A DNA stretch of 59,849 nt from positions 1-59,849 of the IMG/VR virus record IMGVR_UViG_3300031996_000006; one strand, written 5' to 3'. Made by a program: the position numbers and the translations under genes. The notes beneath the pieces were generated by a model that saw only the letters and a program-made list of their open reading frames with translations, was not told the origin of the DNA and searched no databases. This stretch comes from a virus (lineage: Duplodnaviria > Caudoviricetes). Positions 19,877-29,166 of this stretch are shown here, in pieces; position 1 is the first letter of the stretch, and every line of letters begins with the position of its first letter.

Positions 19877-21991
19877 GTGGCACCTACTCTAGTTGGCGAT
19901 CAGCTTGTCTCTGTTGATACTTCATACAGTAGTGCAAGCTGTGTGTCATCTTCATTCACTCCCAGTGTCGGTGAAGTCCTTGTTGTCTTCGCTACTACTG
20001 AGAATGAGTCCGTAACGATTGGTTCGGTAACGTCATCCTCTGGGTTGACGTTTACGCTACGTCTCGACATTAACGTATCGGGTGCTTCTCCGATGCGTAT
20101 TTGGACCGCAGTTGTCGACTCCGCTCATGCGGTTGCACAGACAATTACGGTCCCGTTCTCTGGTGGCGGTTCCACTTCATACTCGTATCACAGTATGTGG
20201 TACCAGCGTTGGGGTGCTGCGACAATTGCAACGACACCCGCAATTGCCTCTGCTACTAAGCAGAGCACTCCGAATATCTCACTGACGACAGCTCGCAACG
20301 ATTCCATCATTGCGTGGGTAAGCTGTGACTATAACGGTGTTACTCCACCTACGACAATTACGTATCGTGGTGCCGGAACCACCGAGATTCGTCGTGACTA
20401 CAAGTCTTCTCACTATGTAGTTGATTGTTGTACGCAGGTTGCGGCTGTCGCCGGTGCGTATACGGTCGGTGCCACGAATCCAACGAGCCAGCTTTCCACC
20501 GTTGCTGCGATTGAGATTCAGTCTGGTACTCAGACGATCGCACATCACGGTCTCCCTAGTGCTAACGCATTTGGTAAGGCTGTTGTCATCCATGATGATA
20601 AGACTCTTTCTCATCATGGGATTCCTAGTGCAGTAGCAATCGGGCATGGCACGGTAACTACCGGTCCGGTCACGCTTCAGCACTCCGGATTGGGTCCTAA
20701 GCCTGGTGAGCCTGATGCTTTCGGCATCGCCACCATCCTTATGGGTTTCATGACCCGACCCACCGGGATTCCGTCTGCACTCAACTTCGGTCAAGCAACG
20801 GTTACTCCGGGTCCCGTTACTCTTCAGGGTAAGGGACTTGCTAGTAAAGAAGCGTTCGGTCGTCACAAGGTTATTCGTATTGTCACGGCCGTTCCTTCTG
20901 CACTTATCCCGAAGGAAGGCACCGCAGCAGTTTATGAGCTGGTCTGTGTGGCGCGCGTACCACAGCAGAACGGCCCACCGACCTTCATCGAGATTGACCC
21001 GCTTCAGTTCGACGGCTTGGCCTACACCCAAACCTTGAATAAGCCTTCACAGTTGAACGTCGGTGTCCAGGTTTCGTCGCTGACTGAGCCGATTGTGCAG
21101 CGTCTTCGGAATCTTTCAACTCAGGGTACTGAGTTGTGGCTGTACCGAAATGGTCGTCTGGTATTCGCAGGTCCGTGGATCACTGGGCAGATCCAGAATC
21201 AGTCTCTTACCATCAACGCAAAGTCTCTCGAAGCTTACTTTGACATGATGGTAGTTGTCGCTGATTTGACGTTCAAGCAAATCGATCAGTTTATGATTGG
21301 TAAGCAGCTAATCGACCAGTGGCAGAATCTTACCTTCGGTAACTTTGGGATTGATACTACATCAATCTCCAACTCTGGTGTTCTGCGTGACGCTACGTAT
21401 CTGAAGTCTGAGCTGAACTACGTTAGCAAGCTCTTGTTTAACCTCTCGCAGCTTCAGAACGGTTTTGACTACTGGATTGACCCAACCACCCGAGAATTGA
21501 ACATGTCGTATCCATTGCGGGGTGTGGATAGGTCTACGGGTGAAGGTGCTATTGTCTTCGATGAGCGCAACGTTACCAACACAAATCTGTTGGTTTCGGT
21601 TGCACCTCAGGACGTGGCATCGGATGCGTACGGAACCGGTACGTCGACTGGTGGAACCAACGGAGGTATTTACTCCTCTGCGTTCAATACTCAGCTACAG
21701 GCTACGTACGGTCGCTCAGCAATTGTACAGAATTTCGATGGAGTTTCGGTCCAGGCTACCCTTGACTCTTACACGAAGGCACTAGTCGATGCACGTGGTG
21801 ATGTGCTTTGGGTTCCTGGTCCGGACGCTCTTGTGACTCCAGACTCTGACTTGTCGATGTACGATATCGGCGACACAGTCTCGTACACTCTGCATGAGCA
21901 GCTTGGGATTTCTGGTGCCTATCGAATCCGTCAGCGTCAGGTAAAGGTGGAGGCTTCCGGTAAGGAACTTGTTACTCCACAATTTGCCTAG
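19877..21991 (+). CDS. Tail hub/minor tail protein with N-terminal beta domain and GIPSA.AFG repeats
   Basis: C-terminal part (LWLYRNG.LVFAGP, Y.IGDTV) resembles actinophage baseplate-hub proteins. Confidence 0.8.
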   Translation: MAPTLVGDQLVSVDTSYSSASCVSSSFTPSVGEVLVVFATTENESVTIGSVTSSSGLTFTLRLDINVSGASPMRIWTAVVDSAHAVAQTITVPFSGGGSTSYSYHSMWYQRWGAATIATTPAIASATKQSTPNISLTTARNDSIIAWVSCDYNGVTPPTTITYRGAGTTEIRRDYKSSHYVVDCCTQVAAVAGAYTVGATNPTSQLSTVAAIEIQSGTQTIAHHGLPSANAFGKAVVIHDDKTLSHHGIPSAVAIGHGTVTTGPVTLQHSGLGPKPGEPDAFGIATILMGFMTRPTGIPSALNFGQATVTPGPVTLQGKGLASKEAFGRHKVIRIVTAVPSALIPKEGTAAVYELVCVARVPQQNGPPTFIEIDPLQFDGLAYTQTLNKPSQLNVGVQVSSLTEPIVQRLRNLSTQGTELWLYRNGRLVFAGPWITGQIQNQSLTINAKSLEAYFDMMVVVADLTFKQIDQFMIGKQLIDQWQNLTFGNFGIDTTSISNSGVLRDATYLKSELNYVSKLLFNLSQLQNGFDYWIDPTTRELNMSYPLRGVDRSTGEGAIVFDERNVTNTNLLVSVAPQDVASDAYGTGTSTGGTNGGIYSSAFNTQLQATYGRSAIVQNFDGVSVQATLDSYTKALVDARGDVLWVPGPDALVTPDSDLSMYDIGDTVSYTLHEQLGISGAYRIRQRQVKVEASGKELVTPQFA

Positions 21992-22022
21992 TAGCTAGTA
22001 GGTAGAAAAGAGGTGAAATAGA

Positions 22023-22757
22023 ATGGCAGACGATAGGCCGCTTGAAGATCCTACTTCGTCGATCGCAGCATTGCAGCAGCAGGTTGACGACATGAATACA
22101 ACTCTTCAGTCTCGGACTGCACGAATGCCGACTGGATTTATTCAGCCATGGATCGGAACAATTGCTCCGACTAACTCTGTACTTATGCAGGGTCAGGCAC
22201 TTTCCAGAACTACCTATGCGGTGTTGTGGCAGTGGGTACAGGATCAGTCCATTGTCGGCGCTAATCTACCTTTCGGAGTTGGTGACGGAAATACTACTTT
22301 CACCGTTCCTGATCTTAGGGATCGTTTTATTATGGGAGCCTCGGCCACGCAGGCAATCGGCACACTCTTTGGAACGAATGCGTTCCCGCAACATGCACAT
22401 GGATTCGGATCGTTAGCGACTGGCAGCGATAGCCACAAGCACGACCACACATCTACGCACACGCATGGTATTCCTGCCGATGGTGGAAACCACGCTTTCC
22501 ACAACGCTGGTGCTGATACTATCGCGTCTGCTCTGCCAGGCTACCAAGACTTCTTCCACTCCGTCGCATCTAGCACGGGAGCGGGAAACCCTGGTCACGC
22601 TCACAGTAATAACACTACAAGTGATGGTGTATATACACACACCACAGACAGTCACAACCACACGATGAGTGGCTCTACCGACAACGGTCCGGGCACCGGC
22701 ACCACGGTTGACAATCGACCATCCTCAATCGCACTCAACTGGATTCTTTGGACGTGA
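22023..22757 (+). CDS. Tail fibre protein with collar domain and HxH repeats
   Basis: GQALSRTTYAVLW...FGVGDGNTTFTVPDLRDRF collar motif; multiple H-x-H motifs. Confidence 0.9.
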   Translation: MADDRPLEDPTSSIAALQQQVDDMNTTLQSRTARMPTGFIQPWIGTIAPTNSVLMQGQALSRTTYAVLWQWVQDQSIVGANLPFGVGDGNTTFTVPDLRDRFIMGASATQAIGTLFGTNAFPQHAHGFGSLATGSDSHKHDHTSTHTHGIPADGGNHAFHNAGADTIASALPGYQDFFHSVASSTGAGNPGHAHSNNTTSDGVYTHTTDSHNHTMSGSTDNGPGTGTTVDNRPSSIALNWILWT

Positions 22758-22758
22758 C

Positions 22759-23142
22759 ATGGTAAATCCTGAAATTACCGATGAAATCCGTCAGAAGGTT
22801 TATGACGATGACTGCGACAGGAACGGGCACAATTTCGATTTCAACAACGTAATCGGCCCTACTGACCTTCCTAACCCGAATGATCCTCGTGGCCGGACCA
22901 AGATGGTTCTCCGAGCCCAGGACCCGACCCTATTGCCACACATCACGTGCAAGCGGTGTAGTCGGATCTGGATCGTTTTTGACGCGAATGGGCGCAATTA
23001 TGATGAAGCGCTCACTGAACTTCAGAAGCGGATTGGAACTGACATCCATCCCAAGAAGCTAGCACCACTTGCGCAATGGGGAGTGGAACCGGCCCATAGT
23101 CACGAGGAAAGGACGAACACGATGGGACCTGACCCGGTGTGA
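22759..23142 (+). CDS. Cys/His-containing protein, possible fibre chaperone
   Basis: CDRNGH...CKRC; follows the fibre gene. Confidence 0.65.
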   Translation: MVNPEITDEIRQKVYDDDCDRNGHNFDFNNVIGPTDLPNPNDPRGRTKMVLRAQDPTLLPHITCKRCSRIWIVFDANGRNYDEALTELQKRIGTDIHPKKLAPLAQWGVEPAHSHEERTNTMGPDPV

Positions 23143-23179
23143 GATACTAGAGGCATGGTCACGTAAATGTGATTGGTAG

Positions 23180-23386
23180 GTGCGGACCATGCCTCTATTC
23201 AGAGTCTGTCAAAAGTGTAAGATAAAGCTAAACCTTAACGAGTTCGACACTTCGCAGGATATTTGGTGTCGAGCTTGCGCTTTGACGGATAAGAGAATCA
23301 TCGAGAAGTTCGATGAAATGGTGTCATCTCCAGTTACAGAACTGCGTACCTTAGCAGAGTATTGTAAAGAATGGTACGTACTATGA
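23180..23386 (+). CDS. Small Zn-ribbon-like protein
   Basis: CQKC...CRAC. Confidence 0.5.
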   Translation: MRTMPLFRVCQKCKIKLNLNEFDTSQDIWCRACALTDKRIIEKFDEMVSSPVTELRTLAEYCKEWYVL

Positions 23387-23778
23387 ACTGGGATTTGTGG
23401 TTGTCTTTCACTAGTCCCACGGGGCCCTCGACTCCGTGGGCTTCTACAGAACTAACTATTCTGGATGCTCTCCGGATCGGATATATCGCGCACGTCGTCT
23501 TTATGTGTTTACTCAGTGCTGCTGTAGTGAATAAGTGTGAAACACTTGGGCAGAAGCTAAGAATGCTTTTCCTGCTCGGGTGGTGCATCTTGGGAGCAGT
23601 TGCTGAACTGGGCCATTTCGGTGACTTCGTTAATTGGATCTTCATCGTAAAGTGGCTGCTAGCTCTCGGGGGCTCCTGGAGCTACTGGTCCTTTATTAAG
23701 TACGAATCTCCCTCCAAATACTCCCTGGCCCCTCTATCTTTTAAGAATCCGGAGCGGCCAGATGTACCGCGTATTTAA
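23371..23778 (+). CDS. Membrane protein
   Basis: About 3 TM helices. Confidence 0.7.
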   Translation: MVRTMNWDLWLSFTSPTGPSTPWASTELTILDALRIGYIAHVVFMCLLSAAVVNKCETLGQKLRMLFLLGWCILGAVAELGHFGDFVNWIFIVKWLLALGGSWSYWSFIKYESPSKYSLAPLSFKNPERPDVPRI

Positions 23779-24256
23779 GTTCCAACACTCTATCGAAAGA
23801 ATCGGTAGGCGTGGAATAATCCTGATTATTACAGGATTAATATGGTTGCTCTACGGTATTGCTATTTTTAACCGGCCGAACTCTGACCGTTTTTCTTCTC
23901 CAGATCACCCAGAACCTATCTACGTTTTCAATCTCCTACAGAATCACTGGATGGGGATTCTGTGGGGTGTCTGCGGTGTGATCGCTACATTTTGTGGAGT
24001 CCTGAGGTCGCGACGCTCTGTCCACCCACGTGACGGAATTGGGTTCAACGCAATCCTCATTCCGTCGATCATGTGGGCACTGCTTTTTCTTTGGTCTGAA
24101 ATCATTTACTTTTTTACAGGCGGTGACTACGGGAATTCAGGTGCCATCTTCGGCTTCCTGGTATGGGCACTAGTAACAGCATTCATCCTTATTATCGCTG
24201 GGTGGCCCGACCCTACGGACCCGAGAGTTGTGATAGTAAGGAAGACTACTGAGTAA
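23762..24256 (+). CDS. Four-TM membrane protein (lysis region)
   Basis: GRRG.IL...G..W motif and 4 hydrophobic helices. Confidence 0.8.
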   Translation: MYRVFKFQHSIERIGRRGIILIITGLIWLLYGIAIFNRPNSDRFSSPDHPEPIYVFNLLQNHWMGILWGVCGVIATFCGVLRSRRSVHPRDGIGFNAILIPSIMWALLFLWSEIIYFFTGGDYGNSGAIFGFLVWALVTAFILIIAGWPDPTDPRVVIVRKTTE

Positions 24257-24651
24257 TGAATGCCTCTGAGTTTGTCTCGCTATCGATTTCCGTTGTCGGT
24301 TTTCTAGGTGTTTTAGTAGCTAACCGGTTTACATCGCGGACGGCTAAGTCTGCACAGGAAATCACCGCCGCAGCAGAGTTGGCAAAAGTAGCTCAGTCAC
24401 GTGACGACGGTTGGCGGTCAGACAATGTTGAGCTGCGCAAAGCACAGTCTGAATATAGGGAGCGCATAGATCATCTAAGTGAGCGTGTAGACTCGCTGGA
24501 AGATCAAAACCGTATGTTCTTACGTGAAAAGAATGACATTATCATTTGGGCACGTAAGATTGTAGATTTACTTAAAAATAGTGGAATTCCGTATCCGCCC
24601 GCACCTCCAGGGGTTTTAGATACGGACCCGGGTATGCGGAGCCAGCCATGA
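24256..24651 (+). CDS. N-terminally anchored coiled-coil membrane protein (lysis region)
   Basis: TM helix, coiled coil, PPAPP tail. Confidence 0.75.
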   Translation: MNASEFVSLSISVVGFLGVLVANRFTSRTAKSAQEITAAAELAKVAQSRDDGWRSDNVELRKAQSEYRERIDHLSERVDSLEDQNRMFLREKNDIIIWARKIVDLLKNSGIPYPPAPPGVLDTDPGMRSQP

Positions 24652-25043
24652 AGACTTACGCAAAAGCCTTCGTGCACCTAGTTGGGGCAATCCTGGTAGC
24701 AGTTCTCCCCCTGCTCACCACGAACAGTCCAATGGGTGCGACTGAATGGATGAATGTTGCACTTGTAGGCATCGGTGCGGCTGTCGTCTGGAATACGACG
24801 AACTATCCAGGTTGGCCCTATGGCAAGGTAATTGGCTCTGCCCTCACGACTGCACTTACCGCAGTCAATTCTCTGGTTGAGCAACATGGTCTGACACAAG
24901 CAGCCATTATGCAGATTATCTTGGCTGGTGTCGTGACGATTGCTGTTGGCTTTATTCCTAACGACACTTCCCAGCCTGTCGACCAGCGGTCGAATATGAA
25001 TCCTGAAGGTCGGCACGCGGCCCCAGATCCAAACCCAGAATAG
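24648..25043 (+). CDS. Holin
   Basis: YAKAFV..VGAIL, EW.NVAL, internally duplicated 2-TM unit ending IPN. Confidence 0.75.
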   Translation: MKTYAKAFVHLVGAILVAVLPLLTTNSPMGATEWMNVALVGIGAAVVWNTTNYPGWPYGKVIGSALTTALTAVNSLVEQHGLTQAAIMQIILAGVVTIAVGFIPNDTSQPVDQRSNMNPEGRHAAPDPNPE

Positions 25044-25047
25044 ATAC

Positions 25048-25076
25048 TTGACGTCTACACAGACGTGTGCTATACT
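25048..25076 (+). promoter_or_regulatory. Housekeeping-sigma promoter TTGACG-N17-TATACT with overlapping palindrome ACGTCT-ACAC-AGACGT
   Basis: Near-consensus hexamers upstream of the replication genes. Confidence 0.8.
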
Positions 25077-25085
25077 GTTTAACAG

Positions 25086-25133
25086 ACGCCGGTAGTCGGG
25101 TGAAGTTACACACCCTCGGCTACCGGCGTTTTT
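25086..25133 (+). terminator. Intrinsic terminator/attenuator
   Basis: ACGCCGGTAG / CTACCGGCGT stem followed by TTTT. Confidence 0.75.
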
Positions 25134-25184
25134 ATGTGCAAGACAAAGGCAAATGCCAACACCACACATAGAATCGAGTCGAGA

Positions 25185-26363
25185 ATGACTCAGTCTCCGG
25201 ACACCCCCGAAGTACACCCGACAGCGTCAGCAGAGCATCGCGAGACACACCAGATCCACACTTCCGAGATCCGTTCATTCAACGGGTGTCGTCGGCGGTG
25301 GGACTGGGCCTATCGTCAGGGCTTCGTCCTAGATCAGGCGCCCAAGCCTCTAGAGCTTGGCATTGCATTCCATATTGGTATGGAGAAGTTCTACGACCCT
25401 GAGGCGTGGGACTCCACCAGTAAGGAGGAGAAGGCGAGTCGTGCGGTCGTCGCCTTCACCGAGGAGTGCGAGCGCCAGCGGGCAGCCTTCCTGAAGGCAA
25501 CTAATCAGGAACGCATCCTCGTTGCCGAAGGTGATGATTACACCGAGAGAATCGATCTCGGGATTGGCATGATTGAGCACTATGCCAACTACATTCACCC
25601 GGTAGAGGATGACTGGTTCCGACCCGTCATGACTGAGGTAGCTTTTCAGGTACCTCTTACTGATCCTAGGACGGGTGAGCCTCTTCGTTGTTTCACGCCG
25701 GGAACACATGAAGGTGGCTGTGGACAGTTCCATCCTGTAGGTGCTCTAGTCACCTACGATGGCCGTGTGGACATACTGATCGAAGACATCGCCAACGGTG
25801 GTTACTTCGTTTGGGATCACAAATCTGCTGCGCAGGTTCAGAAGAGTGACCACCTGATTCAGATGGACCCTCAGGTAGTCGGCTACAGTTGGGCTCTGCG
25901 TACTGTGCTGGAGTTGGACATTCGGGGATTCATCTACGCGGAGTACCGCAAGGACTACCCGAAGGCGCCTGCACTCCTGAAGAATACTATCAAGGGTAGG
26001 CACTTCAGTACGGACAAGCAGCAGGGTACGAACTTGGCAGTCTTCCTAGAGCATGTGAAGAAGTATGACTTTGACGCATACCAGGATGGATGCTACGATG
26101 AGTTCATCGCATGGCTCAAGTCGAAGGACGGGCCGGTTTTCCACCGGCGGTTCCCAATCCTGAAGACACCGTACGAGCTTGACCAGATGGGGTATAATCT
26201 TAGTATGGAGGCTTCAGAGATGGTCCGACCGTCTCTGCCGATCTACCCCGCACCCGGCCGATTCTCGTGTTCAGGTTGTGGTTACTACACGCCATGCAAC
26301 GGTAAGAACCGAGGCGAAGATTATGAGTACACACTGAACTCGCTGTATCGAAAGGTGAAGTGA
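25185..26363 (+). CDS. PD-(D/E)XK (RecB/Cas4-like) exonuclease
   Basis: F.GCRRRW, G.AFH, GRVD, WDHKSA, Q...Y, C-terminal CSGC..C. Confidence 0.9.
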   Translation: MTQSPDTPEVHPTASAEHRETHQIHTSEIRSFNGCRRRWDWAYRQGFVLDQAPKPLELGIAFHIGMEKFYDPEAWDSTSKEEKASRAVVAFTEECERQRAAFLKATNQERILVAEGDDYTERIDLGIGMIEHYANYIHPVEDDWFRPVMTEVAFQVPLTDPRTGEPLRCFTPGTHEGGCGQFHPVGALVTYDGRVDILIEDIANGGYFVWDHKSAAQVQKSDHLIQMDPQVVGYSWALRTVLELDIRGFIYAEYRKDYPKAPALLKNTIKGRHFSTDKQQGTNLAVFLEHVKKYDFDAYQDGCYDEFIAWLKSKDGPVFHRRFPILKTPYELDQMGYNLSMEASEMVRPSLPIYPAPGRFSCSGCGYYTPCNGKNRGEDYEYTLNSLYRKVK

Positions 26364-26370
26364 CTCCCAA

Positions 26371-27201
26371 ATGACCTCCACTTTGAAGCCTGGACAGCTC
26401 GGCGGGTTGAAGACCCGTAAGGCAAGTGAAGTTAAGAGCAAGCCTTCCATCATGCTTTACGGTGGTTCGGGTATCGGCAAGTCGACTTTGGCTGCCTCTG
26501 CCTGCTTGGTTCCGGAACTCTCACCGGTCCTCCACCTTAATATTGAGAACGGCATCGGCGAGGGTATCTCCGAGCAGTTCCCGGACATTGACGTCCTGGA
26601 CGTCGAGTCCATCGGTGAGCTTCAGAACGCATACGAGTACCTGGCGAAGACAGCAGACCCGGAGTCTGGTACAGTAGGAAGTGAGGGATGGCGGACCGTC
26701 ATCCTTGACAACCTTACTGAAGCTCAGAAGCAGGGCATGGCTCACCTGCACAATGAGTCTCCTAAGACTTTCAAGTTTGATGACGTCCTCACGGGAACGT
26801 GGGCAGACGGAACTTGGAATAAGAATTCGGAGCAGATGCGAAAGCTGATTCGAGCTTTCCGTGGGCTCCCGGTATACACAATCTTTATTGCCTGGGAACG
26901 GGATCTTAGTAAGCCGGATTCCGCTCTTACCGATTTGGTTCCCTCATTCTCTCCTTCCTTTGCGAAGGAGGCACCCGGCATGTTGAATGATATTTACTAC
27001 TATCATTTCGATAAGCAGGGTCAGCGAGTCCTAGAGACTAGCCGGTCAAAGAACTGGACGGCTAAGGACAGGACCGGCAAGATGCCCGCGCAGATTGTGA
27101 ATCCCACCATGAGTGTGATTCACGATTACTGGACGGGACGCAAGACTGCACCAACAGTATCCGAGTCGGCTAAGCGGCCTGGAATTTCTCTGAGGAAGTG
27201 A
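26371..27201 (+). CDS. AAA_24/Sak4-like ATPase
   Basis: LYGGSGIGKSTLA, TVILDNLTE, AKDR; between the exonuclease and SSB. Confidence 0.85.
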   Translation: MTSTLKPGQLGGLKTRKASEVKSKPSIMLYGGSGIGKSTLAASACLVPELSPVLHLNIENGIGEGISEQFPDIDVLDVESIGELQNAYEYLAKTADPESGTVGSEGWRTVILDNLTEAQKQGMAHLHNESPKTFKFDDVLTGTWADGTWNKNSEQMRKLIRAFRGLPVYTIFIAWERDLSKPDSALTDLVPSFSPSFAKEAPGMLNDIYYYHFDKQGQRVLETSRSKNWTAKDRTGKMPAQIVNPTMSVIHDYWTGRKTAPTVSESAKRPGISLRK

Positions 27202-27208
27202 GTGGCAA

Positions 27209-27640
27209 ATGCCTCTGACCGTGAATTTCGCTGGAGTCCCTGACCAGAAGTCGTTCGATCCGGTTCCGGCCGGGGAGTACGAGCTGGAGCTTCAGGATTA
27301 CAAGGAGGGCACCGTCAAGTCGGAGACTTCCGCGAACTTCGGCGCGACCAAGTTTGACTTCACCTACGAAATCGTGAACTGCGATGAGGAGAAGTACAAC
27401 GGTCGAAAGATCTTCGACAACGTCACCATCACCGAGAACTCGCTTTGGCGACTGAAGGCCATGCTGAAGGCATTTGGCGCGGATGTCCCCGAGGAGGGCG
27501 AGATCGAGGTTGATTTCGATGACCTGCTCGGAGAGTCGCTGTCTGCGAAGGTTGGCGTTCAGCCAGCCCGCAAGGTTGGCACGCAGGAATACACTGCACG
27601 CAACACCATCCGTCAGTTCATGGTTCCTGATGAGGACTGA
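27209..27640 (+). CDS. DUF669-type single-stranded DNA-binding protein
   Basis: FDPVPAGEY, Y.GRKIFD, LWRLK motifs; acidic end. Confidence 0.85.
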   Translation: MPLTVNFAGVPDQKSFDPVPAGEYELELQDYKEGTVKSETSANFGATKFDFTYEIVNCDEEKYNGRKIFDNVTITENSLWRLKAMLKAFGADVPEEGEIEVDFDDLLGESLSAKVGVQPARKVGTQEYTARNTIRQFMVPDED

Positions 27641-27661
27641 CACTCAGTAGCAGAAAGTCGG

Positions 27662-27690
27662 AGGCCGCCCCTGAAAGGGGGCGGCCTTTC
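27662..27690 (+). terminator. Hairpin terminator
   Basis: AGGCCGCCCC / GGGGCGGCCT stem followed by TT. Confidence 0.65.
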
Positions 27691-27708
27691 CGTCTCCACA
27701 CTGTTTTT

Positions 27709-29166
27709 GTGAAAGGTAGCGTAGTGGCTCACAACAGGAATAGAGGTGGAGAGTCAGGTAATCTCACGCTGATTCGCGGGCACGCAGCAACGTTCGTGCG
27801 GATCGAAGACCCTGAGCTTGACGATCTACCTGAGACATTCATCGACAGGTATCGCGATTGGGGTCGGTCAGTTACCGATGCTCCCCAACAGTATCACACA
27901 CTAGCCGCAGCGGTAATACTCTCCACCATCATTTGTCCTTACACTACGTTGCGAACCTCTTTCGGTGAAATCCGTCCGAACATTTGGGCGATGATTCTCG
28001 CTGGAACTACCATTACGCGTAAGTCCACCTCAATGGACATGGCAAAGCGTCTCCTTACTGACTCCGGTCTCGATTACCTCATGGGTACTGACGGGTCCCC
28101 TGAAGGTATTCTTTCGGAGATGTCAGACCGGGATGGCAAGGTCTCGCTTTTCCACCGTGACGAGATCACGGGTTGGATTGAGCAAATGCGCAAGGACTAC
28201 ATGTCCGGACTCTTGGAGTCCTTCACGCGCATGTATGACGGCATGGAGGAAATGCGCGTCCTCCGCTCTGGCAAAATTGAAGTGAAGAAACCCCGTCTGG
28301 TCATCCTGTCTGGTGGCATTAAGGACCGGATGCAGGAAATCTGTACGATGGATCATATCCGATCCGGATTCCTGCCTCGCTTCATCTTCATTTCCGGGAG
28401 TACCAATCCGGATCAAATGCGGGTGATCGGTCCGCCGCTGCCGGACTCGACTGGCGCCGATCCTCGGGATGCCATCCTCGCTGAGGTTCAGGACATCGCT
28501 GCGTACTGGATTCAGCAGCCGTCCACTCAGACGATCACCATCGCAGGGATGACTAAGAAAGTAACCAAGCAACCGGAACCGCGCACGATGACGGCCACTC
28601 CGGATGCCTGGACTCGGATTCAGCAGCTTCAGGACGATGCTACGCGTCTCGGCGAAGGCACTACCACTCCCAATCTCTACACTCCCATCCTGACTCGCTT
28701 GTCAAACTCTGTTATCAAGATTGCGATGCTTCTTAGTGGTGCACGTAAAAGCACCGTAGTCGAGTATATTGACGTTGTGACTGCGATCCGCTACTCTAAT
28801 GAGTGGGTACGCACCGCAATGGAGTTTGCCCGAGGGATTGAGGTAACTCCCGACCTCAACCCATGGGAGAAGAAAGCAATCAAGATTGTAAAGTACATCA
28901 AGGATAATGGTGGCGCTTCCCGCAGTGAGATCATGCGGCGGTTCCACGTAAAGTCCAAGGATATTCAGGATATTGAACAGACCTTGGTAGCCCGAGGCAA
29001 TATCAAGATTGTCACCCTTGCTGGACAGGGTGCTACCAAGAAATCCCGAGTGGAGTACCGTTTTGTCAACGACGAAGACGAAGCCTATCCGTCTAACACT
29101 AAAGAAGAAGACGACCACCGAGTCCAACTCCGACGAATTCCAGGGCCGGAAGCACCCACTAGCTAA
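27709..29166 (+). CDS. DUF3987/YfjI-like replicative ATPase-helicase with C-terminal winged-helix-like part
   Basis: PNIW..I.AG....RKST, SPEGI, DE, SGFLPRF motifs. Confidence 0.8.
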   Translation: MKGSVVAHNRNRGGESGNLTLIRGHAATFVRIEDPELDDLPETFIDRYRDWGRSVTDAPQQYHTLAAAVILSTIICPYTTLRTSFGEIRPNIWAMILAGTTITRKSTSMDMAKRLLTDSGLDYLMGTDGSPEGILSEMSDRDGKVSLFHRDEITGWIEQMRKDYMSGLLESFTRMYDGMEEMRVLRSGKIEVKKPRLVILSGGIKDRMQEICTMDHIRSGFLPRFIFISGSTNPDQMRVIGPPLPDSTGADPRDAILAEVQDIAAYWIQQPSTQTITIAGMTKKVTKQPEPRTMTATPDAWTRIQQLQDDATRLGEGTTTPNLYTPILTRLSNSVIKIAMLLSGARKSTVVEYIDVVTAIRYSNEWVRTAMEFARGIEVTPDLNPWEKKAIKIVKYIKDNGGASRSEIMRRFHVKSKDIQDIEQTLVARGNIKIVTLAGQGATKKSRVEYRFVNDEDEAYPSNTKEEDDHRVQLRRIPGPEAPTS

